Shown here one piece after another: positions 22,783 through 34,916 of a stretch of DNA of 64,000 bases. This DNA is from Novakomyces olei (Eukaryota). A program made the position numbers and the translations under genes. Location of the stretch: positions 1,178,001 through 1,242,000 of the forward strand of contig JADEYG010000001.1 of assembly GCA_016906335.1 (NCBI GenBank). Reading direction: 5' to 3'. The notes below the pieces were generated by a model. The model was not told where the DNA came from and ran no database searches. It was given only the letters and a program-made list of their open reading frames with translations. Positions within the stretch are counted from its first letter, which is position 1; every line of letters begins with the position of its first letter.

Positions 22783-23227
22783 AGCGCCGTGTTTGGGAAG
22801 TTTTTTGATCTACATCTTCGTTTTCTTTTGTTTTTTTATACCAGGTTTATATGATTTTTGCCTTGTCAAGCTTGACTTTTGTGCTTTGAGAAACCACAAT
22901 ATTGTTGATTATTATCCTCTTTGCTTCTTTTTTTTTTTTTTCCTTTTGTTTTTTCGTTTCACGTTGGTCGTACGTATGGAATGTACATGAAGTTGAGGGC
23001 GAATTTCGAGATAAAGATCTTGCCTGTCCAACACTTTTGCATAGCAGTAGCATGCATTTTTTGCAAAACGGAGTTAAATATATTCTATGCTTTTCCACTT
23101 TCTGAGCTCGACTCATCTCTACAATTTATCTCACTGCCCTGTCTGATTTCAGCTCTATATGACTACCGGACTTTAGACGCAAGAATTTTCCATCTCTGAC
23201 GGCAGCCTTTGATCGCAAACAACGCAT

Positions 23228-24893
23228 TTACTCAGCATGACCGTGTGGACGACGGTTTGCGTACAATCCGAACCGTAAAACGACGTATTCTACCACAGCG
23301 GCCAATATGCTTATTGCAAGAATGCCACACATAACAGAATTGCTCTTGTGAAAAGTTGTATCGCCGGGCCAGCCTGCGTACAGGGCGTAAGTAGTAGTAA
23401 CACTTCCAAGGTTTCCCAAGCCCGAGACTAGTGCGCTTGCAGCAGCAACTCCTACATTCGCATAGTCACGATCAAAAATCTCCGCAGCTGAAACGTTTAG
23501 CCTTACATACAGACAAAATCAAAATAAAAACAACAGTAGCAATAGACGTTTTAAAACAGATTATAAAGGGACAATTTGAAGCTTACACCAGGCCATGCAA
23601 ATTGGTACGGTAGGACCAAGTCCGAATCCGACTACGAGAAGACCCGCGTACCGGCCCCAGGGCCGTTCCGTCGGCAGCAATGTTGTAATAAGCATCCCCA
23701 ACAGAATAATCAGCACTGCGCCAATGAAAACGAGGCATCTGGAACGGAATCGGTCGGAAATGGGAGTGATTATAATGATTCCGAGAGCGTCCGCCTTGAT
23801 TAATTTAGTAGAGCTCACAAGTTGAGGGGAAACTTACCAGCCAGATTGGTGCAAACAAGAGGGAAACTGTAATTGAAGAGAAATCGCCGATAGACGAGAT
23901 GATCAAGGTACCGTAGCTTTGCACGCCGTAGCCTACACCCACAACTCCAAAGTACATGATAATAATAGGCCATAAACGGACGTCTTTAACAATCAGATAA
24001 AGATCTTTCATAGCCCAGGATTGGTACCGGGACTTTGCCATGTGCCGCGCATGGACCTGCTGTTCCTCCTCGGTAAGAAGCTTACGGGATCGCCCAAAAT
24101 TCAGTAAACTGCCGATTCGTTTACGGTCGGAAAACCCGTACCTCGGAGAGGCAGGCAGCCACCAGATAAGACAAAACGAATCAACTATGGCCAACAGGCC
24201 ATAGACAAGAAACATCCATTCGAACCCCAAAAGGCCACGTGCACCATCCATTTTCTGAAACCCAGCACTAACCAGACCCACAGCAGCAGCAGACAATTGG
24301 GAAGCGGTAAAGTACCATCCAACGCGTTTGGCAAAGCGTGAACTATCATAAAAATTGGACAAGTAATAGGCCATTCCGGGCCAAAGGCCGGCCTCTACCA
24401 CGCCGAGCATGAACCGTAGAGCATAAAATCCGTGCACGTTTGACCGTGTTAGAGCAGCATGGCACGCTGACACGAGGCCAATTGAAAACTGAATTCGCCC
24501 GAGCCAGGCACTGGCAGGAACAATCGTCATAACAAGGTTAGAGGGCACTTCAAAGATAACATAGGACACGTAAAACAAAGCGACGCCAGTTGAAGTCTGG
24601 TGTGATGTGAGATCAAGTGCCTGACGCAACGAATGGCCCTCCGAAGTGTTCATTGTGAGAGCGAGACCAACGTTAGATCTGATAGCTGAAGCTAAAAAAT
24701 AGAGAACCCATAGTGCTGGGATTATACGAATATCGAGTTTGCGATAGACACGCACAAGAATTTCTTCCTCTTCTTTATTCAGCGGCACATTTATAGAGGG
24801 TTCCACTCCCGTGTCGGTAGCGTCATTGGCCTTGACGTCTTGCAAGGGATACTCTTGAGGTGCAATTGCGACAACCTCGGGTTTCGATTCCAT
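23228..24893 (-). CDS. MFS transporter, anion:cation symporter (Dal5/Tna1-like) family; multi-exon
   Basis: RKLDIRIIP, FEVPSN, RFMLGVVEAGLWPG, GLLGFEWMFLVYG and multiple TM helices; substrate unknown. Confidence 0.88.
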
Positions 24894-26037
24894 ACCGAAA
24901 CTGCCGACAAAAAGGACAAAAAGGCGAACCTAAAACGCGGAACGAGCGCTTACGCAGTAATTTGTCTGTCACGAGTGGCGGGCCAAAAGGTCAGCAGCAC
25001 TGTTGCTTATAAAGCTCAGATAAACGCCCTCAAGAGTCTTCAATCTATCGTGCATCAGATCTCCAGTCCTAAAGTCGGCGTGAGAATTGAGTCACAGGAA
25101 AAAGAGCTCGGCTATTTTGCTTCTTTGAGCTCGCTATCAATAAAACCCCGGATACAAAGCGAGAGCCAAATATGGAGAGTTGTTCCACTGCTTATAGAGT
25201 ATATACCTATAATTTCGTACAAGAAAAGGACGCAAAAGACTAGCACGCTTGTTGGGATTTCGTAATACACGGTATTTACTTCAACTATACACTTCGACTT
25301 GCTCGCGCTTTACGTTGCTGCCGCGCAATTATCGGGACTCTTGAGACACATCGAGCAGATAATATTATAATCATATCTGTAAATTTGTGAATTTTTGTGA
25401 CCAAAAGTGCAATTATTAATTACATGGTAAAAGCAGAACAAACGTATGCATGCTATAAACGTCAAGGTGGTTCGCTGTGATTCGCTATGCTTATAATTCA
25501 TTCAATGATGCTTGCGATAAACCAAATGATTCATGACAAAAACTTTGACAGAAACATGTTAAACATAAAGGCAGAGAATGAGGCTTCGGCAAAGTATATA
25601 GTATCTTTTGAATCGATCTATACATATATGGCAACAGCGGATACCCGAGGGCCCGTAAGCGAGGGCGAGTAGCTTTGACCCTGTGCAAATAATGATAATA
25701 ACAACAGTGTAACATTGAGCGCCGAGTTTGGATTCTGCTGCCGGATTGCATTTGACAGATTGCTTGTTATAATGACAGAGCAATTAAGCAATCTTAATGC
25801 CACAACTTTAATAATTTTTGCGGAAAAAAAGCAGAGCCCTTCGCACTATCCAATAACAATCGCCCTGCCAAGCCCATAGATGTTGTGGGCTTGTTGTTTT
25901 TATATTACTTACTGCTCAATATTGGCATACGGTAGCTAGGGTTTTCTATATCAACTAGAAAGTTACTAATGTCGAGACAACTGATTTTTTCTGTTTCACT
26001 AGTATTCTTGCTCTATTTAATCCGGGGTTTCATTGAA

Positions 26038-26058
26038 TAACCCTAATTAACCCTAAAT
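26038..26058. promoter_or_regulatory. TAACCCTAATTAACCCTAA motif upstream of VPS28
   Basis: CCCT cores at 26041 and 26051. Confidence 0.6.
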
Positions 26059-26113
26059 CCAAATATAAGTTTGGGCTCCACTACATTAGTTCAAATACTA
26101 TGCTGTCTGAGCA

Positions 26114-26884
26114 ATGACGACGCCGCGGCAGTCGCCGTTTGCGCCGGTGCATCGGCCGCCGTCAGGCGCTCATGGCGCGCTGCTCGAGCCTGTTCGATTA
26201 TACGAAAGCACACAAGAACGGGAGTTGTACGAAAATTTGTCGGTGCTTTATTCGATAATGGTGGCCTTGGAGCATTTAGAAAAGGCCTATGTTAGAGACG
26301 CAATCTCGCCGGGACAGTACACTCCAAACTGTCTACGCCTACTGGCGCAGTACCAAACGATACTAAAAGCGCCTCAAGTCTTGGACCATTTCGTTTCGCT
26401 GGATCATTTTGTACAAGAGTACTCGCTGGCTCTGCCTTCGGCAGTTTACCGTCTGCGAATCGGGATCCCTGCCACTACAGAGCATGCTTCCGCAATGGGG
26501 GGACACAGTGGACCTGGGACACCGGTGAATGCCGCAATAGCGACTAATTCTTCTGCTAATATCGCGTCAGCGACAAGCTCTAATATTGGCTCTCTTAAAC
26601 TCGTGGCAGAGTCAACCAAAGATTTCATCAACCTTATGGACGCATTAAAAATAGACTTTCGCGCCAAGGATCAACTCCATCCTCTCTTAGCAGATCTCAT
26701 TCAATCAGTAAACGCTTTGCCGGGATTGAATTTAGAAGGCCGTGGCACTATAGTGAAATGGCTTATACGGGTAAACTCTTTAGGCCGGGCAGGGGAGCAA
26801 ATTTCGGAGGCAGAAGTGCGTGAGATGCTCTTCGACATCGAGTCTACGTACAATGAGTTTTTGCAAAAACTGAATGATTCTTGA
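26114..26884 (+). CDS. VPS28: ESCRT-I subunit Vps28
   Basis: ERELYENL..LEHLEKAYVRD..CLRLLAQY; FINLMDALK..AKDQLHPLL..REMLFDIE. Confidence 0.96.
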   Translation: MTTPRQSPFAPVHRPPSGAHGALLEPVRLYESTQERELYENLSVLYSIMVALEHLEKAYVRDAISPGQYTPNCLRLLAQYQTILKAPQVLDHFVSLDHFVQEYSLALPSAVYRLRIGIPATTEHASAMGGHSGPGTPVNAAIATNSSANIASATSSNIGSLKLVAESTKDFINLMDALKIDFRAKDQLHPLLADLIQSVNALPGLNLEGRGTIVKWLIRVNSLGRAGEQISEAEVREMLFDIESTYNEFLQKLNDS

Positions 26885-27097
26885 TACGGTGGTGTATATG
26901 TATTTGTGGAATTAGAATATTGATATTAATTATTTTCAAGCCTGTAAAACACGCCAATATCGCGTTCACCTATCATAGCTTTTCCTTTCATCTCGCAAAT
27001 TACACTATACCCACAATGCTGGCGTAAGTGCTCTATAATACACACAAATACATATCCAGAAAATACACGGGACTGCTCTGAAAACATGTCGACCCGA

Positions 27098-28341
27098 TCA
27101 GTATGGGTCGTACTTTTTCCCCTTCTTAGAATGATGTTTCCCCTGCTTCATCTTCTTTGACGGTAAACTGCTTTCTTGAGTGCTTTGCTGAACGCTTCCG
27201 TCTTCCCCGCAAGTGTACAAAACTCGCTCCTGTACTTATTAGATTTATTACGTATTTATTTCACTTACAAGTATATCGTACGCGAATCCACGTACTACTT
27301 CGGAATTGTGGCATGCTTCCAATGTAGCTGAACTCGCAGCTGGAAACTCGTGGCGATCAGCGATCCACTTGTGCAAGGCAAAAGAGCCTTCTGCGTTACT
27401 ACCAGCTCCAACGTAAAAATCACCAGCATCACACTGCACATCGCACACATACTGGCATTGTGGTAATAACTTGCGCAGGTCTCCGTACTCGTAATCTCCA
27501 TTTGCAACGTCTGTTGTGGAGAAGGTGCTAAACGTTTCCATGTGACTAAGAGCATAAATCTGTAAGGACTGATCAAAGAAACCAGCACGATGAATTGACG
27601 CGTTGTGGTTCAGTACGCGGACAACACACTCGTCCTCGTCATTATCCTTGGTAGTGTCGTAGATAGTTACAAGGCCATCCATGCCTCCTGATAGTACATA
27701 CTTCGAGTCTTGTCGATTCAGGCTTACCTGTTATCTTAGCAAAAATAAGAATAAGGAAAAACATAAAAATAAATAAAGAGAAATTAGAACGGCAAAGCAA
27801 AAAAACCTATATAAATAAGACGTATTATTTAAAGCACTTACGACAGAAACATCATCATTGTGCGATTCTGTGTAGAAATGTACCGGCTGTAGCTCATGAC
27901 GTATATCCCTCATAAACTTAGCACTTATCCTTCTTCTTTTCAGGCTTGAATTGCATACCAAAGACTCACTTGGGCGTCGTGATTAATATACTCGCTCCCA
28001 CAGATAACCGAATTCGCGTGAGCGTCAATTGAGTGTAAAGCTTTACTGCCAGTAAGTTTCGCGTGACTACAGGCATTACTCGTACGTGAGTCCCAAACGC
28101 GAAAGTAACCGTCTTCACTGCCCGTTATTGCCTCTGTATTGCTAATTGGCCGTAGTCCCGTTATTTTCGATGATTCAGGATTCGTAAATGTTGCACTCTC
28201 TTGCAGAGTCTTACTGTCAAGAAAGTTTATCGTGCCATCGCTGTATGTAACGACAACATGCTTTGCATCGGGGGTAAGAGCGATATCAAAACTGTACTTT
28301 TTTGGCGACTGTACGGCTTTAGTGGCAACTAACTTTAGCAT
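27098..28341 (-). CDS. WD40 protein, WDR89-like (4 exons)
   Basis: LWDIR..FYTESHNDDV..LSGGMDGLVTIYD..ASIHRAGF..ALSHMETF..HNSEVVR..YTCGEDG; ends KKYDPY*. Confidence 0.82.
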
Positions 28342-28538
28342 TTCCTTTAACGTTTATTGCTCATTAATGCTTGCCAGGGAGAGCACCTCAGAAAGGCTAT
28401 AAAATATTTACCCGGCTTAAATGTCGCTTAAGCTGCTTTCATTATCGTAGAGCAAACTTGAACGTTATCGCATATTATAGGATGACATATCGGCCATATA
28501 TAGTATTTATTATCTGACGCCAGTTATTATCGACAAAA

Positions 28539-28560
28539 TAACCCTAAATAACCCTAAATA
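28539..28560. promoter_or_regulatory. TAACCCTAAATAACCCTAAA motif in the WDR89/THG1 divergent promoter
   Basis: Two cores 10 bp apart. Confidence 0.6.
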
Positions 28561-28611
28561 AACATTATTTTTATTAATTAGAGCCAGATATTGATTGTGT
28601 CATTGGGGTAG

Positions 28612-29607
28612 ATGGCCAATTCAAGGTTCGAGTATGTCCGAAACTTTGAGCTAAGCGATACGCTTTTACAGCACTGTTATATCGTTGTGCGTATTGATGG
28701 ACGCGCCTTTCATCGCTTTAGCGAAAAACACAATTTTGAGAAGCCTAATGATCGGCGCGCTCTAAGTCTTATGAACCATGCTGCACGAGGTGTTCTAGAG
28801 GCTTTTCCCGATATTTTAATGGCTTATGGTGATAGCGATGAGTACAGGTACATTTAGGAAATATAATTTGTTCTAAAACTGACAAATGGCTTTATAAGTT
28901 TTTTATTTGACTTCGCAACGGAGGTTTATGATCGGCGTGAAAGCAAAATTGTGTCTACTGTCTGCTCCATTTTTACGGCGTGGTACGTTTTCCATTGGAA
29001 TTCTTACTTGGGCACACCACTCTTATACCCTCCTTCATTTGACGGCCGTGCTGTTCTTTATCCCAATGCTAGGCTTGTACGTGAGTATTTTAGCTGGCGG
29101 CAGGCCGATTGTCATATAAACAATCTTTACAATACTGCGTTTTGGGCGTTGGTACAACGTGGCGGTCTGACCAATCAGCAAGCAGAGGCAGAACTGATGG
29201 TACAGTATTTTTTTTTTCTTTTTTTTTTTTTGATTTTTGTTTCATTTTCATTTATATTTTATTTTTGTTCTTTTCTTCTGACATATCTGACAGGGCTCCG
29301 TTTCAGAGGGAAAGCGAAACGAAATCTTGTTCTCCAGGTTTGGAATTAATTACAACAATGAAGACGAAATTTTCAAAAAAGGAACAATCATAATACGAGA
29401 GGTATGCTTGCTTTATATTTTTCGATCCGCCTACGCACTGCTAATTAATAGCCTGCAGAGCCTCTAGCCCAGTCTCCGCCGGAGTCAACGAGTAAGCACG
29501 AGCTCAAGCTTTCTCGGCGAAGAGGTCGCAAGACTGTAATCAATGCGTACCACGTGGACATTATCCGCGACACATTTTGGAACGAGCGCCAATGGCTTTT
29601 AATATAG
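28612..29607 (+). CDS. THG1: tRNA(His) guanylyltransferase (4 exons)
   Basis: [64 protein letters not shown]. Confidence 0.97.
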
Positions 29608-29697
29608 ACTTTCTGTACAAATGCAACAGTTCAAAATTAAATAACATAAACCAATTTGATAATACGCAAAAAAGCAGTTATATCTAATCTTACAACT

Positions 29698-32283
29698 TTA
29701 TAGCCGGTCCATGCGGATCTTTACTGCTAGCCGATGAGCATCAAGTCCCTCAACAGCGGCCAATTTCATCACACTGGGCCCTACATTTTGTAGGCCCTGT
29801 TTCGTGAGCTCTTGGCTAGTAATATACTTTTGAAAAGCTGACGTGGAAACACCGCTAAAGCACCTGGCGTATCCATATGTCGGAAGGGAATGGTTTGTGC
29901 CACTTGCATAATCTCCACAGGACTCGGGCGAAAAAGCGCCAACAAAAACGCTTCCTGCGTTTTGAACTCTATCAACATAGCGGGAAGCATCCTTGATCTG
30001 CAGAATCAAATGCTCTGGAGCATATTCGTTGCTCCAGTAAAAAGCCTCGTCGACTGAGCACACCACAAGTGTAACAGACTTTGAAATAGACTGACGTACA
30101 ATATCAACGCGCGGCAATAAAAGCGCTTGGCGGTGCAATTCTGCATCGATAGCAGCCAGATGCTCTTCATTTAAATCAATTGCGATCAATACTACTTGAG
30201 AGTCCGGCCCATGCTCCGCCTGTGACAAAAGGTCAGAGGCAACAAACGCCGGATCGGCCTCACTGTCAGCGATGACCAGCACTTCAGATGGACCTGCCGG
30301 CATATCGATAGCTACTAGCGCAGACGTATCATTCTGTACGTACATTTTAGCCGCTGTCACAAACTGGTTTCCTGGCCCAAACAATTTATCGCATTTAGGT
30401 ACAGTTTCGGTTCCATAAGCCATAGCCGCTATTGCCTGAGCTCCACCGGCAAGAATGATTGAATCAGCTCCAATTTTATCCGCAATATAAACGATTTCCG
30501 GGTTCAATGTACCGTCTTTCCTGGGCGGAGAGGCAATTGTTATTGTTTTGCAACCAGCAACTTTGGCGGGGACACCCAGCATTATTGTAGTAGACGGCAA
30601 AACGGCTGTGCCCCCGGGCACATAAAGCCCTACTCGCTCAATTGCTCGGGGGAATCGGCTGCAAACAACACCGGGCATTGTCTCCACCTCGGTTGAGGCG
30701 GCTGCAGAGACTTGAGCCTCATGGAATTTCTTTACATTACTGATAGCAACGTCAATGGCTGATTTGATTTCAGGATCGAGTTGCATAAGTGACGGGTCAA
30801 AGGGCCTTTTCAACACTAAATCTTGTAAAGAGACCTTGTCAAATTTAGCAGTCAACTCTCGTAGAGCCTTGTCCCCACCACGCTTGACTTGTTCAACGAT
30901 CGGGCGAACAAGAGACATTATTTGCTCGGTTTTTTGTACGGGCCTCGTGAGAAGACTGCGCTTTTCATTGTCCCCAATCTTGCTAGATTCATAGCGTTTA
31001 AGTGCTATTTTATCACTCACCTGGCCATTTGGCGAGTCCAAAGATGTGGATTCCTTAGCGGGTGGGCTTGCAGCCACTTCAGCTTGAGCCAAATATTTCG
31101 GTTTGGCATCGCCCTTGCGCCTTGTAACTTTCCTGGCTTTCGCATCCAGTTCGTTTTCCACATCGCGCCAAGAAACGCCTGACGCAACACATTTGACCAT
31201 GGCAAAATAGACGAGATCCGCCATTTCAAAGGCAACATCCTTTGCCGATGTAGCATCGCTCAGCTCATCAGCCTCTTCTGCAATTTTAGCGCGTAATAAA
31301 CGCTGATCGGAAAAGAGCCGGGCAGTATAGGATCCAGTAGGAGCGTCCTTCAACCTTGATTGAAGCGTAGATTGCAACTTGGAAATGCCCTGAGCAGGTT
31401 GAAAGCACGAATGCCGTTCCAAGTGACAGAATCCACGGCCCTTTTGTTTTACGACAAACTCGAGGCAGTCCGAGTCACAGTCGATACGGATGCGTACCAG
31501 TTCTTGCGTGTCGCCACTAGTAGCGCCCTTGTACCACAGACCGCGTTTGCGAGACATGTAGACCCCAGTGCCTGTGCGTAAACTCTCTGCCACTGATTCC
31601 GTGCTGGAGTATACAAGGCCAAGAGCAAAATTAAGCTCACTCACTACTACCGTCGGAATAAGCCCGTCATTACGGTCAGACACGACTCGAGCCAGAAGCA
31701 GTTGCGTCAGTGAGAGGCACTGCGGCTCTGCACGTTCGTCTACCGTCAATTGACGCCTATCGACAATGCCAACAAAGTCGCTATTGGTGAGCCGTTCAAT
31801 TTGCCGCCGACAGAGCAAACTGCCGTCCGTTGCTGCGCGCAGGTAGATAGTCTTGCGTGGGTAACGGGCCGAGAAGGAGTGCAGGTGCTCAAAGGACAGT
31901 GGGAAGGCAGTATAGAAGCCACACACTTTAGCCTGTGCGGAAGCCGCACAGTCTTCCGGGTCTACTTGTTCCTCATCGCTGTCCACACAGAGTACGAGGC
32001 GCTCTGGCGGGACATCGAGCTCGTTGCACTGACGCAGAGTAACAAAGGCCTTACTGACTCCAGCATTGAGCACATCAACGACCTGATCGTCGTCGAGCAA
32101 AGTTAGATCTGCCAAAACTTCCGATTGGCGTGTTTGCTCCTTGATCCACTCGAAACTGTCTGCTAATTGGTCGGGTGCGACTTTGATCGCCATGTAGCCG
32201 ACATTGTATACGACAGACAGTGGCAGACCTTGGCCGCCCGGCGCTGTATCCGCCGAGTCCACGAACGGAACAACGACGCTCAT
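29698..32283 (-). CDS. HIS4: Trifunctional histidine biosynthesis protein (PR-AMP cyclohydrolase, PR-ATP pyrophosphatase, histidinol dehydrogenase)
   Basis: LWYKGATSG..DCDSDCL..GFCH; SYTARLF..KIAEEADEL; GLYVPGGTAVLPST..DLLSQAEHG..GDYASGTNHSLPT. Confidence 0.97.
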   Translation of the reverse strand: MSVVVPFVDSADTAPGGQGLPLSVVYNVGYMAIKVAPDQLADSFEWIKEQTRQSEVLADLTLLDDDQVVDVLNAGVSKAFVTLRQCNELDVPPERLVLCVDSDEEQVDPEDCAASAQAKVCGFYTAFPLSFEHLHSFSARYPRKTIYLRAATDGSLLCRRQIERLTNSDFVGIVDRRQLTVDERAEPQCLSLTQLLLARVVSDRNDGLIPTVVVSELNFALGLVYSSTESVAESLRTGTGVYMSRKRGLWYKGATSGDTQELVRIRIDCDSDCLEFVVKQKGRGFCHLERHSCFQPAQGISKLQSTLQSRLKDAPTGSYTARLFSDQRLLRAKIAEEADELSDATSAKDVAFEMADLVYFAMVKCVASGVSWRDVENELDAKARKVTRRKGDAKPKYLAQAEVAASPPAKESTSLDSPNGQVSDKIALKRYESSKIGDNEKRSLLTRPVQKTEQIMSLVRPIVEQVKRGGDKALRELTAKFDKVSLQDLVLKRPFDPSLMQLDPEIKSAIDVAISNVKKFHEAQVSAAASTEVETMPGVVCSRFPRAIERVGLYVPGGTAVLPSTTIMLGVPAKVAGCKTITIASPPRKDGTLNPEIVYIADKIGADSIILAGGAQAIAAMAYGTETVPKCDKLFGPGNQFVTAAKMYVQNDTSALVAIDMPAGPSEVLVIADSEADPAFVASDLLSQAEHGPDSQVVLIAIDLNEEHLAAIDAELHRQALLLPRVDIVRQSISKSVTLVVCSVDEAFYWSNEYAPEHLILQIKDASRYVDRVQNAGSVFVGAFSPESCGDYASGTNHSLPTYGYARCFSGVSTSAFQKYITSQELTKQGLQNVGPSVMKLAAVEGLDAHRLAVKIRMDRL

Positions 32284-32413
32284 AGCAATTGCCGTCGCTG
32301 ATTGTGATGCGTGTCTATACGTTTATCTATACAATTTGTGCTTTTTGTATAGAATAAATTTTATACGCAGGCGTGTGAACGCTTATCTTGACAGCATCGT
32401 GCCTATAGTTTAG

Positions 32414-32465
32414 TTTTATTTTATTTTATTTTATTTTATTTTATTTTATTTTATTTTATTTTATT
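32414..32465. repeat. (TTTTA)n microsatellite in the HIS4/TAF9 divergent promoter
   Basis: Tandem repeat. Confidence 0.9.
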
Positions 32466-32562
32466 AATCAATTTAATTTAATCTAATTTAATTTTCATAA
32501 TATAAAACGAACTGGTTAAATCGATAAATAAACCTTAAATTATACACTAAAAATACGTCGAC

Positions 32563-33094
32563 ATGGCGGCACCCGAAAGTGACGGGCCCGAAAGTGGGCC
32601 AATCCCGCGCGATGTTCGCCTTGTTCATTTGATACTTGGGTCGCTCGGTGTGCAAGAATACTCGAAACAAGTGCCGCTGCAGTTGTTGACTTTTACGCAC
32701 CGTATGTTCCGGAAATCTTTGAGCTCGATTTATAACTTTAGGATACGTGTATCAAATATTACAGGATGCACAGGCGTACGCAGAGCACGCTCGTGGACAA
32801 AATGCAGCAATTACTGTCGAAGATGTGCGGCTCGCTGTAGCCTCAAAGATCAGTCAGTCCTTCAAGGGACCACCGCCAAAGGAATTCCTTTTAGAACTGG
32901 CTGCGGAGCGAAACAGGCGGCCTCTGCCGCCAATTGGTCGGACGTATGGTGTCCGACTGCCACCGGAACGGTACTGTCTGACCCAACCGAACTGGACGTC
33001 TGCTCTGGACAAAGTCGAGGTGAGAATTTGGACATTGCAGTATCGTGGACGCACTAACGTTTTAAAGGACAAGGATATGCCAATGGAAGACTAG
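32563..33094 (+). CDS. TAF9: TFIID/SAGA subunit Taf9
   Basis: PRDVRLVHLILGSLGV..VPLQLL..ILQDAQAYAEHA..PPPKEFLLELAAERNRRPLP..RLPPERYCLT; introns 32702-32741 and 33020-33067. Confidence 0.96.
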
Positions 33095-33692
33095 GCTTTG
33101 TATATAATACCTGAATAATACGCAGGACCTGACTTGGAAAGGCGGTCGGGAAAGGTTGTGGCCAGATTTTGTTTTTTAAAAAGTACCCCGCAGGTAATAA
33201 TCTTGGAATTTAAATGACCTGCTGCGCTGGCACGCAAGGTCTTGCCACAAGACTGGCTCAAGATGTCTATAGCGAAATAACAATTGTGTAAAAAGGTTAT
33301 CAGGGGAAAGGTGCATAGAATGATTAAACTGAAATGGAGTTTACGAACTTGCCTACCATTCATCCTTGTAACGTTGCGGAAGGCTCTTGATTACTGACAA
33401 AATTCGGTTCCGACATTGATCTTGTCACGGTAAACTAATCAAAGTAAAGTCTATAAAGACTGAAACAGGCATGCGCGGAGATATATATGAATACTTGGAG
33501 CAGTTCAATTGCAGAACAAAATTCCCACGCGTATAAGAACCTTTCAATGTCTCGACTTGGGCTTTGTAGAGAGTATTATGCGAGCTAGTCAGCATGTGAC
33601 TTGTCGACTAAAGTGTTATAGTATTGAAATGTGAAATTGCTGCATTTGTATTCTTTAGGCCCGCCCTTCTTTAATCAACCATGTGTATCAAA

Positions 33693-33722
33693 TAACCCTA
33701 TCTAACCCTAATTAACCCTAAA
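33693..33722. promoter_or_regulatory. Three TAACCCTA cores in 10-bp phase upstream of the DsbA-like gene
   Basis: CCCT at 33696, 33706 and 33716. Confidence 0.6.
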
Positions 33723-33961
33723 ATGTAGGTCTAAAAATGTAGTTCGTGTGCCGAGAAATTTCGGCATACCTTTTTTGTATTAATAATCAGTAAATTAGCA
33801 CAGCGTCATACGCACAAAGTGACCGCGGTTGAGCTGAAAAGACATTGAAATTGAGTCTCTATTTAGTGGAAGAGAGCTATTGACTTGATATACTGTTACT
33901 CAAATTCTTATTACGAATCAAGCCGCATTTATATAATTTTCGGCGCTCCTTACGTTCAAGT

Positions 33962-34750
33962 ATGGCAGCTTCTCGAGTCAACATTGCGATAGACGTCATA
34001 TCAGATGTGGTTTGCCCTTGGTAAGTGTTAAGCTAACACTTGTCTACAGAAAACGCTTAAAGATCTAAATTTAAAGATCTAAATATTTTGTCTTATTTTT
34101 CGTGTCTTTTAACCTTCAGGTGCTTTATCGGCAAACGGCGGCTGGACTCTGCAATCTCAAAATTTCGCGGGTCTCATGAAGGCGCTCAGATCCGTGTCGC
34201 TTGGCTGCCATTTTACTTAGACCCAAATGCCACTCATGAGAATAAAATGGAGCGATACCATCGCAAATTTGGCGCTCGTTTTGATGACATTGTACGGAGC
34301 ATAACGGCTGCTGCTTCGGGTGCTGGTATTAATATTAAATTTGGTGGAATGGTGGGCAACACGAGAGACGCTCATCGTTTACTGGAATTGGCTAAGGAGG
34401 AACGCGGGACAGATGTGCAAAACCGATTGGCGGAGAAGCTTTTCCATGAATATTTTGAGGAAAATAATGATGTTGCGGACGATAGTACACTAGCCCAAGT
34501 GGGTGTCGATCAAGGAATTTTTGCCTCCCAAGAGGAAGGCCTCGCATTTTTCAGCAGCGACAAGTACAAGGAACAGGTTGACGCCAATGTGAACTTGGCT
34601 GGAGAAATCGGAGTGACAGGTGTTCCTTTTTTCATTATACGCCGCGCTGCTGAAGGGGAAAATCAGCCAGCGTACGCTGTTTCTGGGGCCCAAGATCCGG
34701 ATACACTTGTGTCCGTAATGGAAAAGTTGGTTCCGGGTAACGGGCAGTGA
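33962..34750 (+). CDS. DsbA/FrnE-like thioredoxin-fold oxidoreductase
   Basis: IDVISDVVCPWCFIGKRRL (CPWC split by intron 34021-34119), WLPFYLDP, NTRDAHRL, GVTGVPFF..VSGAQ. Confidence 0.92.
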
Positions 34751-34916
34751 GCATAATGTTGTCAATAAGGTGTTTGATTAGATGCGGCCAGTCAAGGATA
34801 GTTCAATGTTACTCTAGGAACGAATAGATAATCTTTTGAAAAGAATCTTGTACCAGTGGAGTACAATTTGACGGTTATGTATAGCAATTGATATATACAG
34901 CTATAATAGACGCGTA

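Noticed and set aside
33100-33600. Possible small spliced gene on the minus strand between TAF9 and the DsbA-like gene
   Set aside because: Splice-like signals exist but every join I tried hit a stop codon
33962-34750. DsbA/FrnE-like gene as a recent bacterial transfer
   Set aside because: It has a spliceosomal intron and the family is widespread in fungi
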